Positions 28,268 to 38,858 of a stretch of 64,000 bases of DNA are shown here, in pieces. Source of the DNA: an uncultured delta proteobacterium (GTDB lineage Bacteria > Desulfobacterota > Binatia > Bin18); the NCBI GenBank assembly GCA_963733195.1, contig CAVTCR010000017.1, positions 40,270-104,269 of the forward strand. Reading direction: 5' to 3'. The position numbers and the translations under genes were made by a program. Every line of letters starts with the position of its first letter. Positions within the stretch are counted from its first letter, which is position 1. The notes below the pieces were generated by a model. It saw only the letters and a program-made list of their open reading frames with translations, was not told the origin of the DNA and did no database searches.

Positions 28268-28900
28268 ATGGGCACTACAACCCGATCGATACTCACGATC
28301 TCTCATCAATACGGAAGTGGGGGAAGCCGGATTTCCCGCGACCTCGGACAACGTTTGCAATGGGCGGTGTGGGAGAAAGAGATCGTTCGCCAGATTGCGA
28401 CACAATATAAAGTGTCGGAAGAGTACGTCGAGGCGAAAGACGAACGTGTCGATTCTTTCATTGAGCGGATGGTCGGGCTCTTTGGCATGGGAGGATTCGA
28501 ATCCGCCTACGAAGTGCCGCCTCCGTTATGGCTAACTGATGCGCAACTCGTGCGGATGACACGAGGGATTGTCGAAGACGTGGCAAAAGAAGGGCAGGCG
28601 ATCATTGTCGGGCGGGCGGGGAATTTTATCTTGGCTGATCACCCACGCACCTTACACGTTTTCATTCTGGCGCCACTTTCTGTGAGAATCGGGCGTGTCA
28701 TGGAAGCGGAAGGCCTCTCGCATGCTGCGGCAGAACAACGTATTGCTGGAATGGATAAAATTCGCGCGGACTACGTGCGAACATTCTATCATGCGGATTG
28801 GCGGGACCCAGGTCACTATCACCTTGCGATTGACTCTGGGGTATGGGGAGAGAGTGGCACGACAGATTTGATTGCCTGGGCGTTGGAACGTGCAACATAA
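28268..28900 (+). CDS. Cytidylate kinase-like family protein
   Basis: LTISHQYGSGG, IIVGRAGNFIL, HVFILAP, WRDPGHYHLAIDS. Confidence 0.88.
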   Translation: MGTTTRSILTISHQYGSGGSRISRDLGQRLQWAVWEKEIVRQIATQYKVSEEYVEAKDERVDSFIERMVGLFGMGGFESAYEVPPPLWLTDAQLVRMTRGIVEDVAKEGQAIIVGRAGNFILADHPRTLHVFILAPLSVRIGRVMEAEGLSHAAAEQRIAGMDKIRADYVRTFYHADWRDPGHYHLAIDSGVWGESGTTDLIAWALERAT

Positions 28901-29040
28901 GCAATGCGAAGCACGAAGCCTCGGCGCCTCTTTCATTTCTAATTCCTCATCCCCAATCCAGAGATCCTCCCTTTGGGGTCATGGCATCTCTCGTACTGAT
29001 AAGAGACAATGCTTGCATGCCTCTTCATAGGAGACTGACT

Positions 29041-30363
29041 ATGCGGGATGCCGCATTAGTCTTCGCTGTACTGCTCCCTGCCGTCTATTGCTGGGGAGCG
29101 CGAACGGCAGCATTCGCAGGTATGCCATTGACACTGGACGAAGCGGTCGCGACTGCTCTGACTCATCATCCGACCATCGATGTAGGGAAAGCCGAAATTG
29201 TGGCGGCGCAACAGCGTGTTCGTCAACAAGAAGCAGGCTATCTCCCGCGTGGCGCGTATACATATTCTTTCACCCGCCAGCAACAACCAGTCTCAACAGC
29301 AGTTGGTGGGATTCAGATTGAGGATGGGCAGCAACAACAACGCAGCCTCTCGCAAATTTTCAATTTTCATTCGACCAATGTTAGCCTCAGCCAGATGTTG
29401 TTCGATTTTGGTCGTACTCTTGATGCTATCCAATCCGCAAGTGCCGCTGTCGAAGCAAGTACCGCAGACCTCGAGACCACTCGCCAAGCGATTATCTTCA
29501 ACACCAAGCAAGCCTATTATGGACTCCTTTCTTCTCAGCATCTTCAACGCGTGGCCGAAGAAACCGTTCGGCAGAATCAAAAGCATTTGGAAGATGCCCA
29601 AGCACGCTTCGAGGTTGGTATTGCACCACGTTTTGATGTGACCCAAGCACGGGTGCAAGTGTCGAATGCTGAATTAAATTTGGTGACAGCTCGCAACAAT
29701 GTCGCCCTTGGCCATGAAACCTTGCGTACGGCGATGGGAATCACCGATGCGACGGATTTCATTCCGATAGATACGTTTGACCGTCAACCGCTTTCAGTGA
29801 ACGAGGTTGATATTCTTCGTCAGGCATATGCGAACCGGCCAGAGCTACACAGTATGTGGGCGCAGCAGAAAGCGACCACTGAACGGGTCTCAGAACTACA
29901 GAAACAATACCTTCCCTCAGTGACAGGCAATGCACAGTATAATTGGACAGGACGTGAGTACCCGTTACCGGAAGGATGGGTAGTTGGAGTCATCCTAACC
30001 GTCCCTTTGTTCGACAGCATATTGACCACCGCGCAGGTTGGCGAAGCGTATGCGAATCAGCAACGTCTCATAGCCGAGGAAAAAGATCTACGGCAGCAGA
30101 TCACTCTTGAAGTACGCCGTAGTCTCCTTGACCTGCGCCGGGCTAACGAGAGTATTCGTGTCAGCGAACAGACGGAAGTGCAAGCACGTGAGAACCTTGC
30201 GCTTGCCGAAGGACGGTATCAAGCGGGAGTCGGGAACATCATCGAGGTGACCGATGCCCAAACCTCAATGACCTCCGCACGGGCAAGTACAATTCAGGCT
30301 CTCTATGATTTCAAAACTGCTCTGGCTCAATTGGAAAGAGCCGTCGGGCGCAACCTCGAATAA
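29041..30363 (+). CDS. TolC family outer membrane efflux protein
   Basis: AGGAG RBS, signal peptide, LTLDEAVATAL, RYQAGVGNIIEVTDAQ, LERAVG. Confidence 0.9.
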   Translation: MRDAALVFAVLLPAVYCWGARTAAFAGMPLTLDEAVATALTHHPTIDVGKAEIVAAQQRVRQQEAGYLPRGAYTYSFTRQQQPVSTAVGGIQIEDGQQQQRSLSQIFNFHSTNVSLSQMLFDFGRTLDAIQSASAAVEASTADLETTRQAIIFNTKQAYYGLLSSQHLQRVAEETVRQNQKHLEDAQARFEVGIAPRFDVTQARVQVSNAELNLVTARNNVALGHETLRTAMGITDATDFIPIDTFDRQPLSVNEVDILRQAYANRPELHSMWAQQKATTERVSELQKQYLPSVTGNAQYNWTGREYPLPEGWVVGVILTVPLFDSILTTAQVGEAYANQQRLIAEEKDLRQQITLEVRRSLLDLRRANESIRVSEQTEVQARENLALAEGRYQAGVGNIIEVTDAQTSMTSARASTIQALYDFKTALAQLERAVGRNLE

Positions 30364-30373
30364 TTCCGCAACG

Positions 30374-31618
30374 ATGCGTCAGAAGCAGCTTTTCCTTGCT
30401 CTCCTTCTTGTCGCTGGTGGCCTTGCTGGGCGCTGGTGGTGGTACTCGCAAAAGAACGAACAGCCAGTGACTTATCTCACGACGGTGGTCGAGCGTGGTT
30501 CGATTACGCGATTGGTTGTTGCGACGGGGACAGTCAATCCGGTCACAACTGTGCAAGTTGGTACCTATGTCTCTGGTCCGATCAAGGAACTCTTTGCTGA
30601 TTTCAATTCCGCGGTCAAAAAAGGGCAGCGTGTGGCCCAGATTGATCCGCGACCGTTCCTGCTCAAGGTCAAACAAGCAGAGGCTAATCTGTCGACGGCT
30701 CGTGCACAAGTAGAAAAGGACAAAGCTGATCTCACGTTTAAGCAACGTGCCCTCAAACGAACGCGTGAGCTGTTCGAGCGTAACTTGATCGCCAAACAAG
30801 AGGTCGAAGCTGCCGAGCGAGACGTCGAACAGGCACAGGCACAATACCAACTCGACCAAGCTCGTGTTGAGCAAAACAGTGCGGCATTGGAAGAGGCGCG
30901 GGTAAATCTCGGCTATACGGATATCGTCTCGCCAGTCGATGGCGTAGTGGTATCACGCAGTGTGAATGTCGGACAGACGGTGGCGGCCAGTTTTCAGACG
31001 CCGGTTCTGTTTCAGGTGGCACAGGATTTGACCAAAATGCAGGTCAATACCAATGTCAGTGAGTCGGATATCGGTTTGGTTGCAGAGGGGCAGAAAGTCT
31101 TCTTTCTTGTTGATGCGTATCCAGAGCGAAAGTTTTGGGGCACCGTAATGCAGGTGCGAAACGCGCCACAAATCGTGCAGAACGTAGTGACGTATGATGT
31201 GGTTGTAGGGATCGATAATTCTGATCTCGCACTCAAGCCTGGAATGACCGCAAGCTTGTCTGTGATCACCGCACAACGAGATGATGTGGTGAAGATCCCT
31301 CAGGCTGCCTTGCGGTTTCATCCCTCGTCGCTGAAGAAAGACGAAGCATCGCTGCAGGATGGCACCAACGGTTTGCGTCCCCAAGCATCAGTGAAAAGAG
31401 AGCGAACGTCGAGCGAAATTCCCCAAGTGTGGATCCAAGCCGCAGAGCAGAAGCTGACCCCGGTTACGGTGCAGCCTGGTATTAGTGACGATACCTTTAC
31501 AGAGTTAGTATCGGGGGATCTCAAAGAAGGGGATAGAGTGGTGACTGGGGTGCGCGCAACCAGTAACGACACGCCGCAAACGACTCTCCCAGGCTTTGGC
31601 ATGCGATGGCGGCGGTAA
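30374..31618 (+). CDS. MacA-like periplasmic adaptor (membrane fusion protein)
   Basis: ATGTVNPVTTVQVGTYVSG, SPVDGVVVSRSVNVGQTVAASFQTP, LKPGMTA. Confidence 0.93.
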   Translation: MRQKQLFLALLLVAGGLAGRWWWYSQKNEQPVTYLTTVVERGSITRLVVATGTVNPVTTVQVGTYVSGPIKELFADFNSAVKKGQRVAQIDPRPFLLKVKQAEANLSTARAQVEKDKADLTFKQRALKRTRELFERNLIAKQEVEAAERDVEQAQAQYQLDQARVEQNSAALEEARVNLGYTDIVSPVDGVVVSRSVNVGQTVAASFQTPVLFQVAQDLTKMQVNTNVSESDIGLVAEGQKVFFLVDAYPERKFWGTVMQVRNAPQIVQNVVTYDVVVGIDNSDLALKPGMTASLSVITAQRDDVVKIPQAALRFHPSSLKKDEASLQDGTNGLRPQASVKRERTSSEIPQVWIQAAEQKLTPVTVQPGISDDTFTELVSGDLKEGDRVVTGVRATSNDTPQTTLPGFGMRWRR

Positions 31619-31666
31619 CGGATGGAACATAACCTGTGAAGCCTGGCGCGCTACACACGTGATCCT

Positions 31667-32404
31667 GTGACTACGGCACAGCTCATTCGCGTAGAGGACC
31701 TCACCAAAGTGTACCACCTGGGTGAGGTCGAAGTGCACGCGCTGCGCGGAGTAACGCTCTCGATTGCATCTGGAGAGTTCATCGCGGTCATGGGCGCTTC
31801 AGGATCGGGAAAGTCGACGTTCATGAATATCTTAGGCTGTCTCGATCGCCCGACATCTGGCCGCTATCTGCTTGATGGGAGCGATGTCTCGATGGTGAGC
31901 CCGGACGAGCGGGCTGAGATCCGTCGTACCAAGCTTGGATTTGTCTTCCAGAGTTTTAATTTGTTGTCACGAACCAGTGCAGTGGAGAATGTTGAGCTTC
32001 CACTCGTTTACAGTGCAGTTTCGCGGACAGAACAGCGCGTGCGCGCCTTGCAGGCCTTACAAGCTGTAGGCCTCGCAGGACGTGAGCACCATCTTCCCAG
32101 CCAACTCTCAGGTGGACAACAACAACGCGTCGCGATCGCCCGTGCTTTGGTGAATACACCTGCTGTCATTTTGGCAGATGAACCAACCGGCAATCTTGAT
32201 ACCACAACTAGTGAGGAAGTCATGACGCTGTTTAGTGAACTAAACCGCCAAGGTATTACTGTTATCATCGTGACGCACGAGGCGGACATTGCTTCCTTCA
32301 CTCGACGTCGTATCGTGTTTCGTGATGGAGTGATGATGACCGACGAACGGGTCGGGACGAATACTGCGACACAAGAAAAGAGCAATCCTCTGGCGAAGAT
32401 GTGA
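31667..32404 (+). CDS. MacB/LolD-type ABC transporter ATP-binding protein
   Basis: GASGSGKST, LSGGQQQRVAIARAL, ILADEPTGNLD. Confidence 0.95.
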   Translation: MTTAQLIRVEDLTKVYHLGEVEVHALRGVTLSIASGEFIAVMGASGSGKSTFMNILGCLDRPTSGRYLLDGSDVSMVSPDERAEIRRTKLGFVFQSFNLLSRTSAVENVELPLVYSAVSRTEQRVRALQALQAVGLAGREHHLPSQLSGGQQQRVAIARALVNTPAVILADEPTGNLDTTTSEEVMTLFSELNRQGITVIIVTHEADIASFTRRRIVFRDGVMMTDERVGTNTATQEKSNPLAKM

Positions 32405-32463
32405 AGATCGCTCTAAACCAAAGAGCACGACATTCGGACGCTATACGATTCGACGTGACAGAG

Positions 32464-32548
32464 GTGTCATTCTGAGCGAGAGCGAAGAATCTCTCGAGAG
32501 ACCCGTCTCGAGTTCACCCTGAGCCTCGTCAAAGGGTTCAGGGTGACG
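32464..32548. repeat. Nested REP-like palindromic elements
   Basis: TGTCATTCTGAGCGAGAGCGAAGAATCT...GTTCACCCTGAGCCTCGTCAAAGGG...TCAGGGTGAC. Confidence 0.65.
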
Positions 32549-32809
32549 CATCCGATGTGCCATTCTCGTACTATCTGCTTTAGGGATACTGTTCAGTTAC
32601 TGACGGCTTTGCTGAACGTTCTCAACGCGGAGCTGTGGTAATGTCATTCTCTTCAATTAGAAAAATGTAAGGCTGGGATAAGACCGCAGGCCGTTCCCAG
32701 CAACGCCCTGGCCAAGATTTTGCCGTGCACCTCGTGCCCGTGAGCTTGCTTGACACTGCACCAGTCGGCTGTAACTATGCCGCCGATATTTTTTCTTAGG
32801 AGCGCAATC

Positions 32810-34021
32810 GTGAGCTTGGCGCAAGTGTTTATGGGTAAGAGTCACAAACTAACGAGTGAGCCGCTCCTTCCGCTTATTGCGGCGCAAGCAGCGAAGGCCG
32901 ATGTAACGCGTAGTGTTGACCCAGATATAATCAAGGCGATTAAACAGACTGACCTCATGCGCCTTTCAGCAACAGGGAATATCGGTGGAATAGAGGCAAG
33001 CATCGGTGCTATTGCCAAAGAGCTTGAAGCGATTGCTGGATGTTGTGCTTCGACCGCTTGGTGTCTATGGAATCACCTTTGCGTGTTCCATTTTATCTGT
33101 GCCCAGCTTGGGCCAGCAGGCAGCGACACGCTGAAAAAGATCGTTGCCAACCGTGAGTGGGTGAGTTTTCCCGCTGGAGCAGGGACGAGTGTGCGTGGCC
33201 GTCGCAACGGAGACCATGTGATCATTGATGGTCGCGCGAGTTTTGCCTCTGGCTCACGTTACGGTGAATGGGCAGCGTGCCTCTTCGCTCTGGAACCTAC
33301 TGATGGACAGAAAGCTGGGAAGCCGGACTTGCATTTTACCGTGGTTCGGACTGATGCTCCTGGTGTTTCCATTGATCCGACATGGTTTTCTATGAGCCTG
33401 CGTGCTTCGGCCACTGATCACATCAATTACAAAGGGGTTGCTGTGCCGATTACTTTGCTCCGACCTTTTCCCGTCGAGTTCCGTTATACCTTTCGTGATC
33501 CAGCATTTCCTGTGGTGGCACAGCGTTACCGCGAAGATTGGGTTGCTCTCTCCGTTCTATGGCTTGGCGCACAGGCGGTAGGGCTTAGCTCAGCGGCGCT
33601 TGATGAAGCCTGTACGGATCTCACTGGACGGGTAGCAATTTTCGGCGTGAAGGTTGCCGAACGTGCCGCTGTGCAACTACATATCGGCCAGGCTGCGGCG
33701 GCGATTTCTGCGGCACGCGCTGCTGTGTATACAGGTTGTGCAGAAACAGATGCGCGCATCGAAGCGGGAATCACGCCGACAGAAGCCGACTATCTCCGAC
33801 AGTTAAGTTACCCGATGGTTGCATTGCGCTTGTGTGATGAGGCAATGCGTTCGCTCTTACGAGTGCAAGGCGGGAACGGTCTTCGCGAGGGCGGGTCGTT
33901 CGAGCGCCGTTATCGCGACTTCCAGGCTATGCCTCTACACATTAATGCGCATCCTGACCGAGTGTCCGAGTTGATGGGGAAGTTTCTCCTCGGGCTCACC
34001 AATGACGCTCCGTTTCAATAA
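32810..34021 (+). CDS. Acyl-CoA dehydrogenase-like flavin-dependent monooxygenase
   Basis: GTG after AGGAG; CASTAWC, GRASFASGS, WFSMSLRASATD, FERRYRDFQAMPLH. Confidence 0.82.
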   Translation: MSLAQVFMGKSHKLTSEPLLPLIAAQAAKADVTRSVDPDIIKAIKQTDLMRLSATGNIGGIEASIGAIAKELEAIAGCCASTAWCLWNHLCVFHFICAQLGPAGSDTLKKIVANREWVSFPAGAGTSVRGRRNGDHVIIDGRASFASGSRYGEWAACLFALEPTDGQKAGKPDLHFTVVRTDAPGVSIDPTWFSMSLRASATDHINYKGVAVPITLLRPFPVEFRYTFRDPAFPVVAQRYREDWVALSVLWLGAQAVGLSSAALDEACTDLTGRVAIFGVKVAERAAVQLHIGQAAAAISAARAAVYTGCAETDARIEAGITPTEADYLRQLSYPMVALRLCDEAMRSLLRVQGGNGLREGGSFERRYRDFQAMPLHINAHPDRVSELMGKFLLGLTNDAPFQ

Positions 34022-34040
34022 GTCTGAGCGCTGCTCCCGC

Positions 34041-34394
34041 TCATCCTTCCTGCGGCATCCAGGAAGTATGCATACTGACCAGTTGCCATGTATCAGCGAA
34101 ATTACCAAAGGTACAACTGAAGCGGATGTAGAACGTTTTCCGCTCCAATCGCTTCGGTTCTACCTCCATCATGAGGCTTCCCCACACAAGGCCAATCGTC
34201 CCTATCACTTGGAAATGTGGGTCTAAGGGGATGAGTCGGACGTAAGAATGGGTCGCAAAAAAATTCTGGAACAGAGAACGAAGCGCGGTTTTCCCTTCCA
34301 CGTGCACAGGTGCGAGCACACCGAGGAAGACCATATGCTCATGCGCGGCAGACATAACCGCTTCAAGGTCGCGGGCAGAATACGCTGCTATCAC
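34041..34394 (-). CDS. SnoaL/NTF2-like family protein (N-terminus may be frameshifted)
   Basis: AAYSARDLEAVM...VEGKTALRSLF...WQLVSMHTS. Confidence 0.7.
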   Translation of the reverse strand: MIAAYSARDLEAVMSAAHEHMVFLGVLAPVHVEGKTALRSLFQNFFATHSYVRLIPLDPHFQVIGTIGLVWGSLMMEVEPKRLERKTFYIRFSCTFGNFADTWQLVSMHTSWMPQEG

Positions 34395-34577
34395 CTGCTC
34401 GAAGGCCGCTCTTTAAGATGTCAGTGCTGCGCATTCGGCTGTCTCCCTTTCCAGAAAGTTACGACAGAGCAGCATACTACTAAAGAATGAGGCAGGTCGG
34501 CAATGGTGGCCAAATTCGAGTTTTGCCGACGATGACCATGCCCCGTGCCAGAAGAGGAACGGTGTGATGGGTCTCTT

Positions 34578-35903
34578 CTACAAGGTAAACGTGAAGTCCC
34601 TGACCAATGCTCCCGGGACCCGACTACTGCTCGTCGAGCGAGATCCATACGTACCGGAGTCAAGAATAAAGTCTCGCTCGCTCGTCAGTCCTTCGAGATT
34701 TTCTCCCAACATTCGATAGAGCGTTTCATCAAAGCGCATGACGTTGAGCGGAGCCTGAATGACGCCATGTTCTACCCAAAAAGTGGCAAAACGTGTCATG
34801 CCGGTAATACGACATGCCGGACGGTCTGAGTAATTGAGATACCAGAGATTATTGACGTAAATGCCAGTATCGAGCTGCTTAAGCACATCCTGTGAAGCAA
34901 GATTCCCCGCGGCGATATCGATCGATTCAGGCATTTCGCCGTCTCCGGCACCATTGGTAGGCACTGCGTATTCTTTGGCCGAACGTGGGGACACCAGACA
35001 GTTACGGAACCCCCCTTTTTCAATCAATACGACACGGTCTGGTTTCAAGAATCCCGCGTCTTGAAAATTCGGCGCAACACCGTCTTGCGTATTCTCGGCA
35101 AGGTTAAGCATCGGATGCAGCTGTGCTTTTCCTTCTGCCATCCTGAGCAACGTCGTCTGTTTCGTCCGATGATCTTTGAGACCAAAACCACCCCAGTTCA
35201 ACAGTCCAATAATTTCTGCAAAAGCGGCGGGCGCGAGATACACTCGGTAGCGTCCCGGTGCAATTGTACGCGGCGATCGCGCCAAGACAGTGAGTTCTTC
35301 ACTGGCTAACTCTACCTTTCGAGAGAATTCTGTTGGGGCCCAGACAAAACCAGCGTAGCCAGTCTTCACGGCTTTATCACCCTGCAAATAAAAGCTCCAA
35401 TCAAAATTATAGCTGTAACTGGAAAACCAGTTGCGCTGACCAAAGGAATTAGCAAACCCGTTGTGAATACCTCCGGCAGCGTAGATACCAACCAGGTCAC
35501 GCCCACGACCCGTCTCGAGAATCGTAGCGACAATTGCCGTGCTATCCTCGGGAAGTTGGTTTTTACCATGATGCTCACTTGAATGAACCTCAGTCGCATA
35601 CAATAAGTGCGGATCGTCTGGTAGATGTGGAAGCTTCTCTCGCGCACTCGCCAGCACCTGCGTAACCCGCGCTTGATCAAGGTCGATATCGCCTGACAAC
35701 GAGATCGTACCCTCGCTGTGACGCTGTCCCTTAATAAGGTCGAGTTCGAGATATCGCTGAGAGACTGTTCCAGCTTGGCGGACTGCGCTGTGGTTAAAAC
35801 GAACGAAATCCGAATCTTCAGCAGAAAAACTACAGGTATAGATTTCATCCGCATGGAGAAGGGACGAGAGGTAATCAGCAATGTGGTAGAAGTATTCCTG
35901 CAT
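34578..35903 (-). CDS. TldE/PmbA-like subunit
   Basis: FVRFNHSAVRQ, PGRYRVYLAP, LWYLNYSD...ITGMTRFATFWVE; lacks HExxGH; follows tldD. Confidence 0.88.
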   Translation of the reverse strand: MQEYFYHIADYLSSLLHADEIYTCSFSAEDSDFVRFNHSAVRQAGTVSQRYLELDLIKGQRHSEGTISLSGDIDLDQARVTQVLASAREKLPHLPDDPHLLYATEVHSSEHHGKNQLPEDSTAIVATILETGRGRDLVGIYAAGGIHNGFANSFGQRNWFSSYSYNFDWSFYLQGDKAVKTGYAGFVWAPTEFSRKVELASEELTVLARSPRTIAPGRYRVYLAPAAFAEIIGLLNWGGFGLKDHRTKQTTLLRMAEGKAQLHPMLNLAENTQDGVAPNFQDAGFLKPDRVVLIEKGGFRNCLVSPRSAKEYAVPTNGAGDGEMPESIDIAAGNLASQDVLKQLDTGIYVNNLWYLNYSDRPACRITGMTRFATFWVEHGVIQAPLNVMRFDETLYRMLGENLEGLTSERDFILDSGTYGSRSTSSSRVPGALVRDFTFTL

Positions 35904-35907
35904 GGTG

Positions 35908-37341
35908 TCACTCTCCGCCGAATACTTCTACCTCAGCGAAAAGGCAGGGCGGTGAAGCATGTCCTACGCGAATGACTTGATTGGGTTCGCCTTTCCCACA
36001 ATACGGTGATCCGAGCATCTCTACGGTCTCCGGCATTCCGACCATCTTCAAGCTACGCCAAAACGTGGCAGACACGCCACGATAGTTTGGATTCTTGACC
36101 ACGGTGGTGAGCTTACCATTCTCGATACGTTGTCCCCATTCACAGCCGAACTGGAACTTATTACGTGAGTCATCAATCGACCACGAGCAGTTTGTTTGCA
36201 TGTATATCCCCTTCTCAATCGCAGCGACCATATCAGCAAACCGCGCTGTCCCAGGTTCCAAGTTAAGGTTCGCCATCCGGTCAATCGGCGGACGGTTCCA
36301 ACTAGTAGCTCGTGCATTGGCAACGCCAGACAGCCCAGTCCGTGCTTGCGATGTAATACCTCCCAACCCACGGAGAAGAATCCCGTTGCGGATGAGGTGC
36401 TCACGTTGCGCAGGCTGTCCATCATCATCAAAACCATAACTGGCAAACTCTTGGGAACGAGTGGGATCGAACGTGATATTGAGAAGGTCTGAACCGTAGC
36501 GATACGAACCGAACATCTCTGGAGTGACGAAACTCGTCCCTGCGTAGTTACGCTCGTCTCCGAGAATACGGTCCAATTCTAACGGATGTCCAATCGACTC
36601 ATGAATCTGCAAGATCATCTGGTCTGGCGCGAGGAGGACGTCTTGTGTTCCTGACGGACAATTCGGAGCGAGGAGTAATTGCAGTGTCTCATCAGCGATG
36701 CGCGGCGCGGCATTGAAGAACCCGCTGTGGTCAAGAATTTCTAATCCCCCTTGGCGACAGTAGCCACGCCCGGCAAATGTCCGACTCTGCGTTTCCGTTC
36801 CCGCGTTAGCGGTTGCACTCAGCATCGGCACGAGATAGCGGAAGTGTTGCTGAACTTGGCCGCCATCTGCCGTCACGAAAATCGTATCACTCTCTGTGTA
36901 CCAGAGCGAAGCGTCCCAATCGACAATACGATCATCAGTCTTCAATCGTAGGTTCTCAGCGCGGAGCAGATCGATCTTTTCTGCGAGCGGTACGCTGTTC
37001 CATGCTTTCTGTACTGGACTCGTATACTCGCCAACAGGACGAGGAAACGGAACTGTAGAAAAATTCACGACGCTACGGCCAGCACTCGAACGTGCCCAGG
37101 AAAGCGCATGCTCGGCTGCACGTCGCAGACCCGCTACGGTCAAATCGCTTGTCGCGGCATAGCCCATACCGCCCTCATTAACAACGGTGATCATGGCGCC
37201 TATATCTTCTGATGTAGACACCGGTTGGAGGATATGTTGTCGCACGGACAGATATTCCGAGCGAGCGTGAACGAGCCGTAATGAACAGAATTCAACATGA
37301 GGAACAATCGAGCGAAAATTTTCAATAACGCGTTCGTGCAT
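35908..37341 (-). CDS. tldD: TldD metalloprotease
   Basis: QIHESIGHPLELDRILGDERNYAG, RMANLNLEPG, CGKGEPNQ. Confidence 0.92.
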   Translation of the reverse strand: MHERVIENFRSIVPHVEFCSLRLVHARSEYLSVRQHILQPVSTSEDIGAMITVVNEGGMGYAATSDLTVAGLRRAAEHALSWARSSAGRSVVNFSTVPFPRPVGEYTSPVQKAWNSVPLAEKIDLLRAENLRLKTDDRIVDWDASLWYTESDTIFVTADGGQVQQHFRYLVPMLSATANAGTETQSRTFAGRGYCRQGGLEILDHSGFFNAAPRIADETLQLLLAPNCPSGTQDVLLAPDQMILQIHESIGHPLELDRILGDERNYAGTSFVTPEMFGSYRYGSDLLNITFDPTRSQEFASYGFDDDGQPAQREHLIRNGILLRGLGGITSQARTGLSGVANARATSWNRPPIDRMANLNLEPGTARFADMVAAIEKGIYMQTNCSWSIDDSRNKFQFGCEWGQRIENGKLTTVVKNPNYRGVSATFWRSLKMVGMPETVEMLGSPYCGKGEPNQVIRVGHASPPCLFAEVEVFGGE

Positions 37342-37416
37342 GAGAAAACCTTATAGCGACTTGCGGTTCAAACAGTAATTGCTAACACTGTAGGCGTATA
37401 AACATTACCGCGCAGC

Positions 37417-37773
37417 TTATCCATCTTTCTTCTCTGTATTCAAAATAACCTCGTGAATTTCGAGGACATTCGGGCCAGCGAACATTTCTGCTGGCGGGCG
37501 GTTGCTATGGGCAATGCGAAAGGATTCGCTCTTAGTCCAGTCCCAGAATGCTTGCTCACTTTCCCAATACGTTTGTACGAGATAATACCCTTGCTCGGTC
37601 TTTTCCTCCCACTGTCCAGTCTGGTGGTTGAAGCGGCGCTGGACAGGGCGTAAGACCAAGTTCTTGATGAAGCCCGGCGATCGGTCAATAAGATGAGCGC
37701 GATGACGAAAACGATCTTCAAACTCTGCCTCATGGCCAGAGGCAACAGGAATGCGATTAGTAACAATAAACAC
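37417..37773 (-). CDS. ABM-family monooxygenase, IsdG/HmoA-like heme-degrading type
   Basis: GTG after AGGAGG; TNRI, FEDRF, PGF, WESEQAFWDWTKSESFRIAH (Asn/Trp/His triad). Confidence 0.85.
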   Translation of the reverse strand: MFIVTNRIPVASGHEAEFEDRFRHRAHLIDRSPGFIKNLVLRPVQRRFNHQTGQWEEKTEQGYYLVQTYWESEQAFWDWTKSESFRIAHSNRPPAEMFAGPNVLEIHEVILNTEKKDG

Positions 37774-37892
37774 GGTTAGACCTCCTATCGAAGAAAGGTG
37801 TCCTTCAACGGATAGATGGAATCGTGCCAGCAGACAAGTTCCCTGTAGTGAAAAGGACGGCTGCATTTTGTACCCCTGAGAGAGGATGTGTC

Positions 37893-38759
37893 ATGAAAAT
37901 GTACCGGAAGCGTTCATGTCTTGGTTTGTGTCTAATTGTTTTTCTTTCGTGTGTTGGGCCAGCTTGGGGGGATGCTGCGAGTGAGGCATATGATGAAGGG
38001 GCGCGCCTGTTGCGTGAAGGCCAGCACCAAAACGCTATTCCTGCGTTCGATAAAGCCTTACGCCTCAATCCCCGTTATACCGAAGCGTACAACGCACGTG
38101 GCGTGACCTTCAACGAGCTTGCGCAGTACGAACGCGCGCTCAAAGATTACGATGCTGCTCTTAGTCTGAACCCCCAATATGCTGAAGCGTACTTCAATCG
38201 CGCTAATGCCTATAATGACCTGGGACAGGCGGAGCGGGCAATAAAAGACTATGACGAAGCGCTACGCCTCGATCAAAACTACCTGGGGGCCTACTATAAC
38301 CGCGCATTGGCACATATGTCGTTACGGCACGGTGAGGCCGGGGCAGACGCGCGTGCTTACCTGAAACTGAAAGGCTGGAAAGACGAGAACAGCAGAGATC
38401 AGTACATGGTGTTATTTGCTCATTTTAGTGATCGCTGGGCAAAACGTGACACCGAAGCACGCCTGATCCTTGACGAAGCCGCGAGCAAATGTGACACGAC
38501 GAAATGGCCCTACCCAATTATCCGTTATTTACGACGTGAGATAACAGCCCAGGACTTGCTTGCTGCGGCCACCGACTTAGATAAGAAAACTGAAGCCCGG
38601 ACCTATTTAGGGCTCGATCTCCTGCTGGTTGGCAATCGTGCTGACGGGCTCACGCATCTTGAATGGGTCAAGGAGAACGGCAAGAAAGCGTTTGCCGAAT
38701 ATGGCTTTGCGGTGAGCGAGCTTCGTCGCGCTGGAGCCGGAGATGCTGCGAAGCCGTGA
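37893..38759 (+). CDS. Exported TPR protein (NlpI-like)
   Basis: Signal peptide; AYNARG/AYFNRA/AYYNRA TPRs; C-terminal WPYPII...TEARTYLG...AEY as in NlpI-like proteins. Confidence 0.85.
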   Translation: MKMYRKRSCLGLCLIVFLSCVGPAWGDAASEAYDEGARLLREGQHQNAIPAFDKALRLNPRYTEAYNARGVTFNELAQYERALKDYDAALSLNPQYAEAYFNRANAYNDLGQAERAIKDYDEALRLDQNYLGAYYNRALAHMSLRHGEAGADARAYLKLKGWKDENSRDQYMVLFAHFSDRWAKRDTEARLILDEAASKCDTTKWPYPIIRYLRREITAQDLLAAATDLDKKTEARTYLGLDLLLVGNRADGLTHLEWVKENGKKAFAEYGFAVSELRRAGAGDAAKP

Positions 38760-38858
38760 CCGTAATAGCAAAGAACACATCGCAGCGATGGCTTGAGTGC
38801 TTCTCCTAAAGAATGATAGAAAAAGCTATTGTTTGCTGTTTCATAAGGAGGAAAGCCG

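Noticed and set aside
34041-38759. tldD/pmbA plus monooxygenases as a RiPP cluster
   Set aside because: No precursor peptide, YcaO or radical SAM gene is visible; TldD/E are widespread housekeeping proteases
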